Below are positions 1 through 11,982 of a stretch of DNA of 64,000 nucleotides, one piece after another. Below the pieces are notes generated by a model that saw only the letters and a program-made list of their open reading frames with translations, searched no databases and was not told where the DNA came from. The DNA is from Octopus sinensis. Lineage: Eukaryota. The position numbers and the translations under genes are program-made. Location of the stretch: contig NC_043004.1 of the NCBI RefSeq assembly GCF_006345805.1, positions 82,336,001-82,400,000 on the forward strand. The letters run 5' to 3'. The first letter of the stretch is position 1. Every line of letters starts with the position of its first letter.

Positions 1-1180
1 TCATCGATTACCGTCTGACCATCGTGTCTTGTCCCGACCCTACCATCATCAAACTGGAACGCATACTCTTCTGCTTTTTGTGAAAGAGAAGCGTTCCGAT
101 GCTTAGTTGATCCATTTGCTGCCAACATCCGCTAAATGGAGGGCTAGACATGCCGTGGTTGATGATGCGCAGACATGCGCTGAGACTGAGACATCTCCGG
201 CGCTTCATAGACGACGGTGAACAGGTATGGTTGCCGTTTGTGAGGCGCGCTTTCCTGCAGGTCGAATCCTTGGCTCCAGTAGTGGTTCAAACAGAGACCG
301 AGGCTAAGCGAATGGCACCGCGAGTGCCGCCTTGCTCTCAAGGGACCAAACTTGTGCGACTTCAATTCCACGAAGGCGTTCTATAAAGGATTAGTGGAGG
401 GGAGGTGCGACGACATTCTCGGGCAGAATATGGGCGGCGTCGACGGAAAATACCTGTTCGGGCCGGGACCTATGGACAATCACCATAGATCTCTGGTCTG
501 GCAGTGCTATCGAGAAGCATTGCCCGTTTGGGATAATCTCTACAGGCACGGTTCGAGACACACCGGATCGACCTACCCGAGATGCTGTAAGAGCGACGAA
601 ACCGTTCTTCACGCACTCGTGCAGTGTCCAATGATTTTGGACCTGTGGGCTTATGCTGAACAGCTGTTATCACGTGTGAGACGAATTCGATTTGGTGAAA
701 GAATGTGTGTGGTGGACTCGAGCGAAAGGTTTAAAGACAAACACATTCCTGTCTGGCCAGTGGCCCATCAACTTTTTAAAGTACCACTTGAAAAGGAAGA
801 TGAGAATCGAGAGGCAAATTTTGTCTCATGAACGATTCGATAAAAGGTGGGTGAATGACGAAACCACTTTGAGCATGATTCTGTAAATCGAAGAGAGAGA
901 GAGAGACAGAGAGACAGAGACAGAGAGCACATTACTCTCATGTGTTTTGCCCCTCCCCTCCCGAGGTTACCGCGGTCTATTTAGTAGGCTTTTCTTTCCA
1001 TGGATAAACATAATCTGTTTTTACATTTTTGATCTTTTCTGTGATACACGATCCCTTTTGATCGGAAATTTATTTTCTCCTCCCTATTTCCTATTCTCTT
1101 CTTTTTCTTTCGAAAAAAAAAAGCTCTGCATTGTATTTTGTTCCCTCTGTGTTCGGCCCTGTGTGGCTAATAAAAGAACT
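1..1180 (+). mobile_element. Tx1/L1-clade LINE, 3' fragment (post-RT region, zf-RVT-like zinc knuckle, 3' UTR), frameshifted
   Basis: ORFs 150-386, 352-831 and 692-886 join into one decayed frame with QHPLNGGLDMP..MRRHALRL and YPRCCKSDETVLHALVQCP..LW (CxxC..ETxxHxxxxC..W). Stop at 886, AATAAA near 1168. Confidence 0.8.
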
Positions 1181-1212
1181 TTTCTATCTACACACAACAC
1201 ACACGCATATAT

Positions 1213-1373
1213 ATATATACGACGAGTTTCTTTCAGTTTCCGTCTACCAAATCCAATCTCAAGTCTTTGGTCGGCCCGGGGCTGTAGTAAAAGACAGCTA
1301 CCCAAGGTGCCACGTAGTGGCACCGAACTCGGAACCTTGTAGTTGGTAAGCAAGCTACTTACCACTCAGCCAC
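1213..1373 (-). mobile_element. tRNA-derived SINE family A (CORE-like), 5' part
   Basis: Reverse complement begins GTGGCTGAGTGGTAAGTAGCTTGCTTACCAAC and matches many copies in this window. Confidence 0.85.
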
Positions 1374-1934
1374 AATGAGTATAAGTAACAGGAGATATAT
1401 GTATTTAGTCAAAACCATTAGATTTGATCGAAATACCTTGGTCATGTAAAAAACAATTGAACAGTCACAAATGAAGAGAAAAAAACTATTAACATTTACA
1501 TAGTGTATACAATAGCTTTCATGCTAAGTCCTTATGGGTGATTCAGCATCAGCTTTCAGCCCAGAAATATACGCGCTTGAAAAGTATCTACGTGAAATCA
1601 TGTTTCGATATAATGCAGAGAGTTGCATTTCTTCAAATATCTAATTCCATTCACTGAATTATTTTATGTGGATAATTGTATTTCAGGATTGTATTTGCTC
1701 GGCAAGTGGCATAAAGTGAAACTATATTGAAGTTGAATTTGGTTAAACAGAAGGAACAATAAAGTGCAAAGTGTGAGGTTTGTATTACACAAAAACGGCA
1801 GCTATGACTCTTCCACGGTGCAGTGCAAGCGTCGTGCGCGCGCGCGCGTGTATATATATAAATGTATATGTACATATACATACATATATGTGTGTGTGTA
1901 TATATATGTATGTATATATATATATATATAAATG

Positions 1935-1978
<44 letters not shown>

Positions 1979-2159
1979 GTATGGGAGTTGTTCATAGGTG
2001 ATCTAAACGATTGGGTTCGCTAGGTAAGTGCTGTTACGGATTACTAGGGCTCCAAGGTTGTAGTCGAGACGGTAGTTATGGAGCCATTGCAGATTCCCGA
2101 TATAGCAGATGTATTATATTATATTATATAAATATTTATATACATATATATATATATGC

Positions 2160-2197
<38 letters not shown>

Positions 2198-2201
<4 letters not shown>

Positions 2202-2598
2202 AAATAAGTCAAAATAGAAAATGCTAAAATAATTTTGTAAAGAACATTTCAGTACCGGTTTCAGTCATTTTGAGACCTTTTCAACTGTAACGATTAAATA
2301 ATTAAATTTAGAAAAATTAAAAGAAATGATTTTTTAAAGGAATATTTGTATAGTGTTCAAATATAAGTGGCATTTTCCTTGCTTCTGCCTTGCTCTGTGT
2401 CTCTTGTTCACACAGAAGCAAGGAAAATGCCACTTATATTTGAACACTATACAAATATTCCTTTAGAAAAACATTTCTTTTGATTTTTCTAAATTTAATT
2501 ATTTAATCGTTACAGTTGAAAAGGACTCAAAATGACTGAAACCGGTACTGAAATGTTCTTTACAAAATTATTTTAGCATTTCCTATTTTGACTTATTT

Positions 2599-2602
<4 letters not shown>
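2198..2602. repeat. Long inverted repeat (about 190-bp arms, 25-nt loop) embedded in (TA)n
   Basis: 2198-2387 is the near-perfect reverse complement of 2413-2602. Confidence 0.95.
2246..2291 (-). ncRNA. Minimal type I hammerhead motif with U3-A8 core (second copy + strand 2509-2554)
   Basis: Minus strand reads GTTACAG TTGAAAA GGTC-TCAAAAT-GACT GAAA CCGG TA CTGAAAT. Confidence 0.55.
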
Positions 2603-2665
<63 letters not shown>

Positions 2666-2667
2666 AT

Positions 2668-2699
<32 letters not shown>

Positions 2700-2854
2700 A
2701 TATACACAATACACAAGAAAGATGGACCAAACATATTAGCCATAATTCAGTTTGTTTCAATTCAGTGCAAAATGTCTCTTCATTATCATTCGCTAGATTA
2801 ACATTGTGTGTGTCTGTGTGTGTGTGTGTGTGAGTGTGTGTGTAGGTGTGTGAA

Positions 2855-2885
<31 letters not shown>

Positions 2886-2894
2886 CATACACAC

Positions 2895-2925
<31 letters not shown>

Positions 2926-3064
2926 CAAATACACACACACGACATTATAAATAAAAATGGAGCCTTCACACATCCTCAAAAACGTCTTTAGTTACAGATA
3001 TATGCAATGCATTCACGCTAAACTTCAGTTCGTCACGCGTTTCTGCTGTATGTTATATATATAA

Positions 3065-3120
<56 letters not shown>

Positions 3121-3192
3121 ATATCTTTTTTTTTTCGTAATGTGATAAAACAAACCAAGGCTGTGCAGATTTTAGAATATTTATAGATAGAA

Positions 3193-3249
3193 CGTCTTAC
3201 AGCTGTTTCCAGGATATTAATTAATAATGATATCCCTTCATCGGAGACG
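3193..3249 (-). ncRNA. Degenerate minimal hammerhead motif (CCGAUGA core) in a probable Penelope-like terminal fragment
   Basis: Minus strand reads CGTCT CCGATGA AGGGATAT..ATATCCT G GAAA CAGCTG TA AGACG, with 5-bp stem I and palindromic stem III ACAGCTGT. Confidence 0.55.
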
Positions 3250-3439
3250 GTGTGAGAGGATGGTTAAATAATAGTTAATTTAGATAGGATACAAAATAGA
3301 GAGTGAGGTGGACGAAAAAAATAAATGTGAGATATGTAGTGATATTGAATTTGTAGATCCATTTGTTTAGGCAGAATGGTATACATATAAGATTCCAATA
3401 CCTTATGAGTAAAATCCAAAAGTATTTAAAATTGGTCAT

Positions 3440-3500
<61 letters not shown>

Positions 3501-4308
3501 AGATATACATACATGCTTACATAGTTTAGCATGTTTAAGGGAGATTAAGGTATTGTTTTTAGCTGGTTTACCTAACATGGAGCTGTCATGTGTTTCATAG
3601 TTAGCTATCTACTTAAAACAGTAGGATGCGATTTGAGGGTAATTTGTCTGTTATTTCTATTGACTTTACAAACCACTTTTGTTGGCTTATATAAATATAG
3701 ACTTTGATTATCCGAACGTAACGTTTGGGGACCATTTTGTACGGATTATTAATCCTATTGTAAACAACGGAAGCCATGCGGAACATAATTATGTACTAAT
3801 GGAAGTTTACAGGCTCCTTTTTTCTTTGTTATTGAATTGATAAAATATATACTACACCGCTAATTGCTTAAAATTCATGTTATTTTGCAAATAAAATCAC
3901 GTTAACTGTCGTTTAATTAACGAAAACACCTTGTAGAATGTTCAACAAAGCATAGTGTAATTACAAAATATATTTGCGCGATTGTACAGGAAGTTCGCAG
4001 AGTTCGTTGAATACGTTGCGCTCATGCAAAGCGTAAATAAAGAACTTCGATGACTTAGTGGTTGGTCACTAATTTGGGATGAAAATATTCGGTTGCTCTT
4101 GCTTCAGGGAATTTTCTTCCTTTGTTTTTTATGTGTGACATCATTTGGTGCTGCAGTTAACTCAAATTGACAGCGTTGATTCCGTCTTGAGCGTCGTACC
4201 AACTCCAGGATAAATTTATAAATGTTAATTAAAGTAGATGCTGATTTTTGATGTGCTTTACTGTCCACGGCGTCTGTATTTTCTTGTAGTTTCATTAATG
4301 TATATGAA

Positions 4309-4481
4309 GTGGCTGGGTGGTAAGAAGCTTGCTTCCCAACCACATGGATTCGGATTCAGTCCCACCTCGTGGCACCATCAGCAAGTGCCTTCTACTACAT
4401 CCTCTGGTCGGTCAAAGTCTTCTGAGTTGATTTGGTAGACGGAAACTGAATGAAACCCGTCTTATATATATATTATATATG

Positions 4482-4561
<80 letters not shown>

Positions 4562-4805
4562 ATGTGCGTGTATGTGTATGTGTGTGTGTATCTTTGTGTC
4601 TGTGTTTGTCATTCAATCATTACTTGACAATTGATTTTGGTGTTCTTTCGTCCCCGTAACATAGTAGTTTGGCAAAACAGACCAACAGAATAAGTACTAT
4701 GCTTACAAAGAATAAGTCCTGGGGTCAATTTGTTTGACTAAAACCCTTTAAAGTGGTGCTCAAGCATGGCCGCAGTCAAATGACTGAAACAAGTATAACA
4801 GGTAA
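4309..4805 (+). mobile_element. SINE family A with internal (TATC)n expansion
   Basis: tRNA-like head, CORE-like segment and tail AAAGTGGTGCTCAAGCATGGCCGCAGTCAAATGACTGAAACAAGT. Confidence 0.85.
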
Positions 4806-4984
4806 GAGAATAAGAGAGATTTACTGATCCTGTTCTCTTCACATCAGATATTGAGGCATTTCCGTTGTTAGTCTTCCGTGTAATCACTGATTTTATTATT
4901 ATTATTATTATTATTATTATCATTATTATTATTATTATTATTATTATTAGAAATGATTATTATTATTATCATAGCCTTTGCACA

Positions 4985-5825
4985 GCTTTTAACGCTGGAG
5001 ATGTACGACAGTGTCAGCTGTTCACTACCAGTGAACTAAGGTAACACCTCTTATTTTCAGAGCACCTTCCGGAGCATTAGAGCGGTTCCAAGCAGTGCTA
5101 TTTTCTGCAAATGCTCGTGCCTTATTGCAGCCCCTATTTGTTCCATGTACCTCTCGAAATTTTTACTCACTGTTCCCAGCGCTCCGACAATTATTGGTAC
5201 TACTGCTACCTTTTTCATCGACTGCAACTGCTTAACTTCCCAAGCTAGCCTGTCGTATCTATCGACTTTTCTTTCTTCCTTATCACATACCTTGTTGTCA
5301 GCTGGGCATGCTACATCTATGATCCAGCATAGTTTGTTTTCTTTCTCAATTAAGACCATGTCTGGCTTCCTATTCTCTATCTCATGGCCGCACTGAATCA
5401 TAAATTCCCACAGGATCTTTGCATTGTCATTTTCGAGGATGCCTTCGGGTTTGTGGCCGTATCAATTTTTTGCTCCGTAAAGTCCATTCTTGTTGCAAAT
5501 TGTCCAATGGACAAGCTTTGCTATATTGACATGGCGTCTCTTATATTCCTCCTGGGCTAGTGGCGTACATTGACTGGTAATATGTCATACGGTATCACTA
5601 TTTTTTCTTCAGATTCTGCGCTTATAACTTTTAGATGTGTTGTCAATTCTGTATTTTATGCAGTTTGCTCTTAGTGCTTGCTCTTGGGCAGTACAGATTA
5701 GAACCTCCGTTTCCGGTTTTAAATCCGTTTTAGTCATCCACAGCCATCTTTTTTCTCTGTCTGTCTTATCTTCAGCATCCCTATGAAATTGTCCATGCAT
5801 TTTTTAACCCGCCTATTTTCAGTTT
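4985..5825 (-). mobile_element. R4/Dong-clade LINE, 3' fragment (CCHC region and restriction-like endonuclease), between (ATT)n tracts
   Basis: ORF 5609-5800 has MHGQF..W.W....LKPETEVLICTAQEQAL. ORF 5057-5401 has RKPDMVLIEK..IIDVACPAD..KEERKVDRY..L..EVK..VVPIIVGALG (PD-D..K RLE). Confidence 0.9.
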
Positions 5826-5829
5826 CATT

Positions 5830-5864
5830 CGTTATTATTATAATTATTATTATCATTATTATTA

Positions 5865-5906
<42 letters not shown>

Positions 5907-5923
5907 CATCATCATCATCATTA

Positions 5924-5974
<51 letters not shown>

Positions 5975-5994
5975 CATCATCATCATCATCATTA

Positions 5995-6036
<42 letters not shown>

Positions 6037-6070
6037 CATCATCATCAACAACAGCAACAGCAACAACAAC

Positions 6071-6107
<37 letters not shown>

Positions 6108-6110
6108 GTA
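5830..6110. repeat. Compound (ATT)n/(ATC)n/(AAC)n/(AAT)n microsatellite
   Basis: Read directly. Confidence 0.95.
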
Positions 6111-6439
6111 ACCGACGGAGTGCCACGATGTTTTCACACGTTGAATTTTACGCACACAACACAAAAGTTGAACAGAAAAAAGAAATCACATATTACTGAA
6201 ATTCTATGGTACAGAAAGAAATTTTCGTAGGAAACAAGATTATATTGATTAAATTCAGTGCATACTGCAACTCAAATGCGTTTTGCACAAGAAAAATCAA
6301 CCTTTTTTTGTCCGGGGACGGTTTTCTCTGTCTTTCGGTTTACTGCAGTGCAAAGTTTGCTATCAAATGCATTTTGAAATAACAATTGGTTTTGATACGT
6401 ATTTAATTCCATTTGCTAATCAACCCGTTTAATTTGTTG

Positions 6440-6802
6440 GGCGTGCCCTGGTTTGAGCGAATTGCCTTCAGTCCTGTTTGCTTGTTTGTCCGTGGATAAA
6501 ATATCTCAAGAACAGCTGGATAGATTCGAATGAAAATTTCAGGGATATTTGGTCTCGTGACAATCAGGAACTGATTAGGTGTTGGGATCGATCCGGTACC
6601 AGACAAGGATACTGGGTTATTTTACCTGTTTTGTTTTTGTCCTTTTACTTAATTTTCGTGAGCAGTGGGTTCATTTTTAGTATTCTCGTTTGTGAGAGCA
6701 GTCGAGTTTATTTCAGATATTTTCATTTTAAAAATCTGGCTAATCATTGAAAGGACGTTGGTGTACCTTGGCGAAGGTTTGCGCTCTCTGATTGCTCTTG
6801 TT
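6440..6802 (+). mobile_element. Non-autonomous DNA element, possibly Helentron-associated (HINE-like)
   Basis: End CCTTGGCGAAGGTTTGCGCTCTCTGATTGCTCTTGTT and internal GTTTGCTTGTTTGTCC resemble widespread HINE-type elements (from memory). Confidence 0.35.
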
Positions 6803-7009
6803 TGAATATACATCATTTTTTCATATTCTCAAATACGATTTCAGAACCTCTGGAACATTCCATCAAGCACGTTGTTAGTTATATGAACTCGAGGAAGATA
6901 CTGCTTTAAAATTTTGGCTCAAGGCTAGCAATTACGAGGAAGGGCTCAACTGATACTCATTTTATCAACCCTGAATGGATATTATACTATATTTCTGAGA
7001 TGAGGAATT

Positions 7010-7130
7010 ATGTACATTATTTACAATGGACGGATAAGAGTCCTCATCTTGTTTGTTGTTATCACAACGTTTCGGCTGATGTATTCTCCAGCCTTCATCA
7101 GAACACCTGATGAAAGCTGGAAAGTACATC
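7010..7130 (-). mobile_element. Fragment of the HHR-bearing SINE (family H1) fused head-to-head with an inverted partial copy
   Basis: Reverse complement of the 34925-35020 region, followed by + strand ACACCTGATGAAAGCTGGA at 7103-7121. Confidence 0.8.
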
Positions 7131-7149
7131 TGTCCATTGTATATAATAC

Positions 7150-7272
7150 CCCGAAAGTATGAAAAGCAAAGTTGACCTCGACTGATTTTGAACTCAGAAC
7201 GTAAAGACGGTCACCAAACCCCTGAGAAGTTTTCCTGGCGTGTATGGGCTTCTGCCAACTCGCCACCACCAG
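7150..7272 (-). mobile_element. SINE family B fragment
   Basis: Reverse complement of GGCGAGTTGGCAGAAGCCC..GTTCTGAGTTCAAAATC..GAGGTCAACTTTGCTTTTCAT. Confidence 0.7.
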
Positions 7273-8106
7273 AGAACTATATAAATTCAAATATTTTTTT
7301 CTTTTGTTTAGAATGGTTAAATGTAAATTTGAATTATGGAAAAAAATCTAGTAAAAATAAAAAAAAGTTACATCAAAGATATTTTATCGATACATGTCCT
7401 ACGATCACTTCTTTCCTTTTTAGATAACATTAGCAACTCTTTTTGATCGAATCACTAGTTTGATCTCAATAGGCTCAGCATCACAGGCCCACAAGCACAC
7501 AGGTACACGAGTGTACTTACTCTTTCATTTGATTCTTCTTTTACAACCATAATGACCTCTACTTCTGGGAGCTGGTTGGTCCCGTACTTCCATTATTTTG
7601 ACACCGACGAGCCATTCTATTCTACGGCTCTCGTCACATTTCTTTCGTCCTATGCTCCCCTTGACCTCGCACTAAGCACTACATCTTAGCTTTCCTTCCC
7701 AGAGTATAGTAGTACCTCCTGCTTATGTCTGTCCAGCAGATTTTGCTCCACAACAATTTAAACAGAACATTGATAGCACCAAGCTCACTTATCTTGGGGT
7801 GTTTGCTGAGGCCATTAGCACTGCCTACCCCACCTGAGTCAGTGAGAATAGAGAAACATTGTTTCTACGTGAAATTATAACATATTTTAAAGTCGATTTA
7901 ATTCTGGGCAGTAAGTGGAGATTTTTTAGATGAACTAAATCTAAAACAACATAGCTCTCTTACCTTAATTTAATCCATTTTTAAATATCTCAGAACTTAA
8001 CGCCAGAAGATGGCCGCAACAAAGTGATTATTTGAATGTGTGTATATTCTTTAGTTTGTTTTAGTCGTATATAAAGAAACGCACAAACACACATACACGC
8101 ATACGG

Positions 8107-8142
<36 letters not shown>

Positions 8143-8529
8143 GGATGCAGAATTGGCCGATGGAATCTGCACAAATGCAAAAGCCATTTAGTAATTAGAA
8201 TGCACAGAGATATTTGGAGGTGAAACGCATACTACTTGCGTCCTGAAATTAAATCCACCGCAAAATATTTTAGGGTTTCACTTAATAAAGTGCTTTATGT
8301 GTAATGATGCGTTGAGGATAATTGGTCTTACGAGCCCTTAGACCCACGCCTTGTTCGGTAACTGGAAACCAAGTATCATATTGAAGCAGTTCAGGATATT
8401 GCTGGGTATAACTCTAAAGGTATAACGTAATTCGGTCTTGTTTACCGCTTCATGAATTAGCATTTAGAAATACACATGCACATAGACAGAACAAGCGTAT
8501 GATACACACACACTAATACGCATACCCGC

Positions 8530-9065
8530 TCTCTTACTCACTATCACTCATTCGCTCATTCACTCACTCACTCACTCATTCACTCATTCACACACTCACT
8601 CATTCGCTGGCTCACTCACTCACTCACTCATTCACTTACATACTCTATCACTACTCACTCAACCCCTCAACTTTTCACTCACTCGCTCCTCCCTCTCACC
8701 CTCCTTCAACAACCTACTCACTCACTCTTTCACTCACTCATTTACTCATTCTCCCGGCTCTCTTTCACTCACTCATTCACTCATTCTCCCGGCTCTCTTT
8801 CACTCATTCACTCATTCACTCCCTCCCTCCCTCTCTCCCCTTCACTCACTCCTTCCCTCCATCCCTCTCTCCTGCTCTCCCCCCTTCACTCCCACCTCAT
8901 TCACTCACTCCTTCCCTCCATCCCTCTCCCCCTCCCTCTCACCTCTTCACCCCTTCCCTCCCTCTCCCCCCTTCACTCACTCACTCCCCTTCACTCACTA
9001 CCTCTCTCTTTCTTCCTCCTTCACCCACTCACTGACTCACTCATTCCCTCACTCACATGTGCACG
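8530..9065. repeat. (CACT)n-derived pyrimidine-rich low-complexity tract
   Basis: Degenerate CACT/CCCT units. Confidence 0.9.
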
Positions 9066-9327
9066 CATTCACTCACACCACTATTACTTCAAATCCGGCA
9101 TGAACACGAAATATCTTCCGTTGAAATGTCAAACATCAAGCGATTGGTGGAACCGAAAGAGGAGTTTCAAAAGGGAAATAACTACGTGTTTTCCGATAAG
9201 AGTAAAGAAATTAAGAAAAGCAGAAGCTATCGAACAGATTCAGGCTCTACATATTATAGGAAAGAAAATGGTTAAAAAAAACTTTTCTGTGAGATAGGGA
9301 ATAATAATAACAATAATAATAATAATA

Positions 9328-9366
<39 letters not shown>

Positions 9367-9371
9367 TGATA

Positions 9372-9708
9372 ATTGGGGGAACATCATAGACATGTGTTGG
9401 GAGGGATTTTTTTGGGTTTGAATAATTCACCTCTGGAAACATGGGTGGTTCTTTCAACATCCTTAAACAACCCTTATTCAGGGACCTTCTGAGCGGGATG
9501 GGTTACTCGACCAGAAGAAAATTCTAACTGGGCCCCACCTGCAAGGTCAGGTGCTGTTTATCTTGATATGAAATCACCATGTCGTGCACATATGGTTGTG
9601 ATGCATGTGCCTAGTGTAGCCTTATCAGACGGGTAGTCATGATGGGTATACTGGACTTCGCATATTTTACCCCGTGTCACTTTGATGGCATGCACTGTTC
9701 TCTGACTC
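9372..9708 (+). mobile_element. About 330-bp interspersed repeat family E inside (AAT)n
   Basis: Highly similar copy at 27773-28098. Both copies are flanked by AAT repeats. Confidence 0.85.
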
Positions 9709-9769
<61 letters not shown>

Positions 9770-10038
9770 TGGGTGGTTAAGCAGTTGTGGTCGATGAAAA
9801 AGTTGGTAGTAGTACCAATAATTGTCGGAGCCCTGGGGACAATAAATAAAAATCTTGAGGAGTACATGAACAAATAGGAGCTGCAATAAGGGTGGAGCAC
9901 TTGCAGAAAACAGCACTGCTTGGAACCGCTCGAATACTGTGGAAGGTACTCTAAAAATAAGAGGTGTTACCTTAGTTCACTGGTAGTGAACAGCTGACAC
10001 CTAAGTACATCTCCAGCGTTAGAAGCAATGCAAAGGCT

Positions 10039-10050
<12 letters not shown>
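9770..10050 (+). mobile_element. R4/Dong LINE extreme 3' fragment
   Basis: Reverse complement of 4985-5230 (VVVPIIVGALG region and identical 3' UTR). Ends in (GAT)n(AAT)n. Confidence 0.85.
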
Positions 10051-10079
<29 letters not shown>

Positions 10080-10112
10080 AATAATAATAATATCTCTGGC
10101 TGTACATTCCTG

Positions 10113-10320
10113 GTTAAGAAGCAATATATTCATAGACACGACTAAGTTGGGACCTACATATACTGGAAACTATACCAACACTATGGAATAACAACATAAA
10201 AAAGATGGTATAAGCACACGTCAGAAAAGGTCACAGAAAACGAGAAAGATACCATACTCTGGGATATGCCAATACACAAGATAGAGAAATTAAGGCCAAT
10301 AGGGCAAAAAGGCCAATAGG
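10113..10320 (+). mobile_element. Second R4/Dong-like subfamily fragment
   Basis: Homologous to the reverse complement of about 30530-30690 (ATACTCTGGGATATGCCAATACACA...). Confidence 0.55.
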
Positions 10321-10399
10321 TGCGAGTAGGGGAGCTATGCAGGATGATGTTCTGGCAGACACGAGAACGTCGAGGCCGTCCATCGAGCGTATCCATAAA

Positions 10400-11010
10400 A
10401 CCCTCTACAACTTCTTTAAAAGCTATTATTGCTGTAACTCATTCGAAAATAGCATTAAAGTTGCCACATTCTTGGATGCTATTCTTAACTTAAATTCATC
10501 TCCACAGCCATTAACATAAGTCCAACGTACATTCTAATCATCCTAGTCCTGTTTTAAAAGACATAGTTAAAGGAATCTCCAGTATAACTTTAACCTATCC
10601 GCTAGTGAATATATTTTGAATAATCATGCTCCTTCCTATAAGCAACTCTTTGCAGTTGCTGCTTAATGATAGAATAGATTAATTTAGGATATTTTGGAGG
10701 CCCAGTCCACCACCGGTAGGAAAATCTTTAGTTAGAATTTCATGTACTGTCACAACTCCATGTTCCCACCAGGCTAGAGTCCAAATGGGGACACAATCGA
10801 CTTCAAGCGACGCTACCTTGCGCATCTGAACTCCTTCTCAAATAGCACTTCTAAATAATCTACTTCCTTTGCTACCGCCATACACCGCTCCAAGATCCAG
10901 AGTACATCTTATGGCTTGTCCTAATCGATAATATGCGGTGGAACCTTCTACAATGCACATCATCGCGCCTCTAAATTATGTTACTTGAAGTCGCTCATTA
11001 CAAAATGATA
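10400..11010 (+). pseudogene. Penelope-like element coding relic (RT thumb and GIY-YIG region)
   Basis: Frameshifted translation gives KVATFLDAILNLNS..HSNHPSPVLKDIVKGIS..LSASEYILNNHAPSYKQ and KRRYLAHLNSFSN..STSFATAIH. These match the FLD..SNHP..RLS and K.RY..H..SF patterns of PLEs. Confidence 0.7.
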
Positions 11011-11664
11011 GCTCTTTTCTTAATCGATTCTCTGATGTAATCTTTGCTTGTAGATATAAATTCTACAGTATCTTCGCTCATTACGTAAAATCATTATAAT
11101 TTCTCATTATTTTAACTAAAATTCTCTTTCACTCACCGCATCTTCTTCATATACGAAACCAAAAATAATTTGTTTCATTGCTATTATTTACTTCCGCTTG
11201 AAATATTTCATATTATTTTCATGGGAAAAAATCTTTACACTTGTATTTCTTAACACACATGCATTTACATATATACAAATGTGTGTGCGCGCGCGCGTGA
11301 TGTTTGACTCAATTACAGCGTGGTAAACTTACATTAGCCATTCAAAAACATACAAAACTTTATTTAGACATTCATTATTTGGTGTTAAATTTTCGTCGCA
11401 GAAAATGCGATCTGGTCATTAACACCGAATAATAAACATTTTAAATGAAGTTTTGCATCATTCTATGTCTTTGAACGGCTCGTGCGTGTCTGCCACACCG
11501 CAATTATTTTAGTTTCAGTACACAATTTCACATCAAAGCACTTACCATGTAAGTATATCTCCGAGATGTATATATGTGCACACACAAACACACTCACACA
11601 CACACATAAATATTCACGTGTATTCATACATACATAAGCACATAAAAACATGCGTATATATCAC

Positions 11665-11982
11665 TGGTTCTCCGTCGGTTACGACGTGGTGTGTTTCAGT
11701 TGTTCTGATTAACGGAACACCCAACTAGTGAAATTAATGCGCAAATGGCTGAGTATTCCACAGATAAGTGTATCCGTAACGTAGTTGATGGAGAGATCCA
11801 GCGTGACACAGAATATGAGAAGTCTGGCCCTCTCGAATTACAACGATAACTCATTTTTGCTGTACGAACTGGAATAACGGGGGAAAAAGCGTCTTGTTCA
11901 AGGATCAAAAGCGCCACTAGGAATCGAACACTGGATCTTCCGATCGTGAACCGAGTAACCTAACCGCTAAGCCAAGCACCTT
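11665..11982 (-). mobile_element. SINE family C
   Basis: CTCCGTCGGTTACGACG tail and a tRNA-like head on the minus strand at 11920-11982. Confidence 0.75.

Noticed and set aside
7552-7837. Protein-like frames (..FHYFDTDEPFY.. and SIVVPPAYVCPADFAPQQF..) with an acceptor at 7702
   Set aside because: The two parts are in different frames with a stop between them, are short, and match no family I recognise.
9057-9275. 72-aa ORF after the CACT tract
   Set aside because: The start lies in low-complexity sequence, with no acceptor and no recognisable motif.
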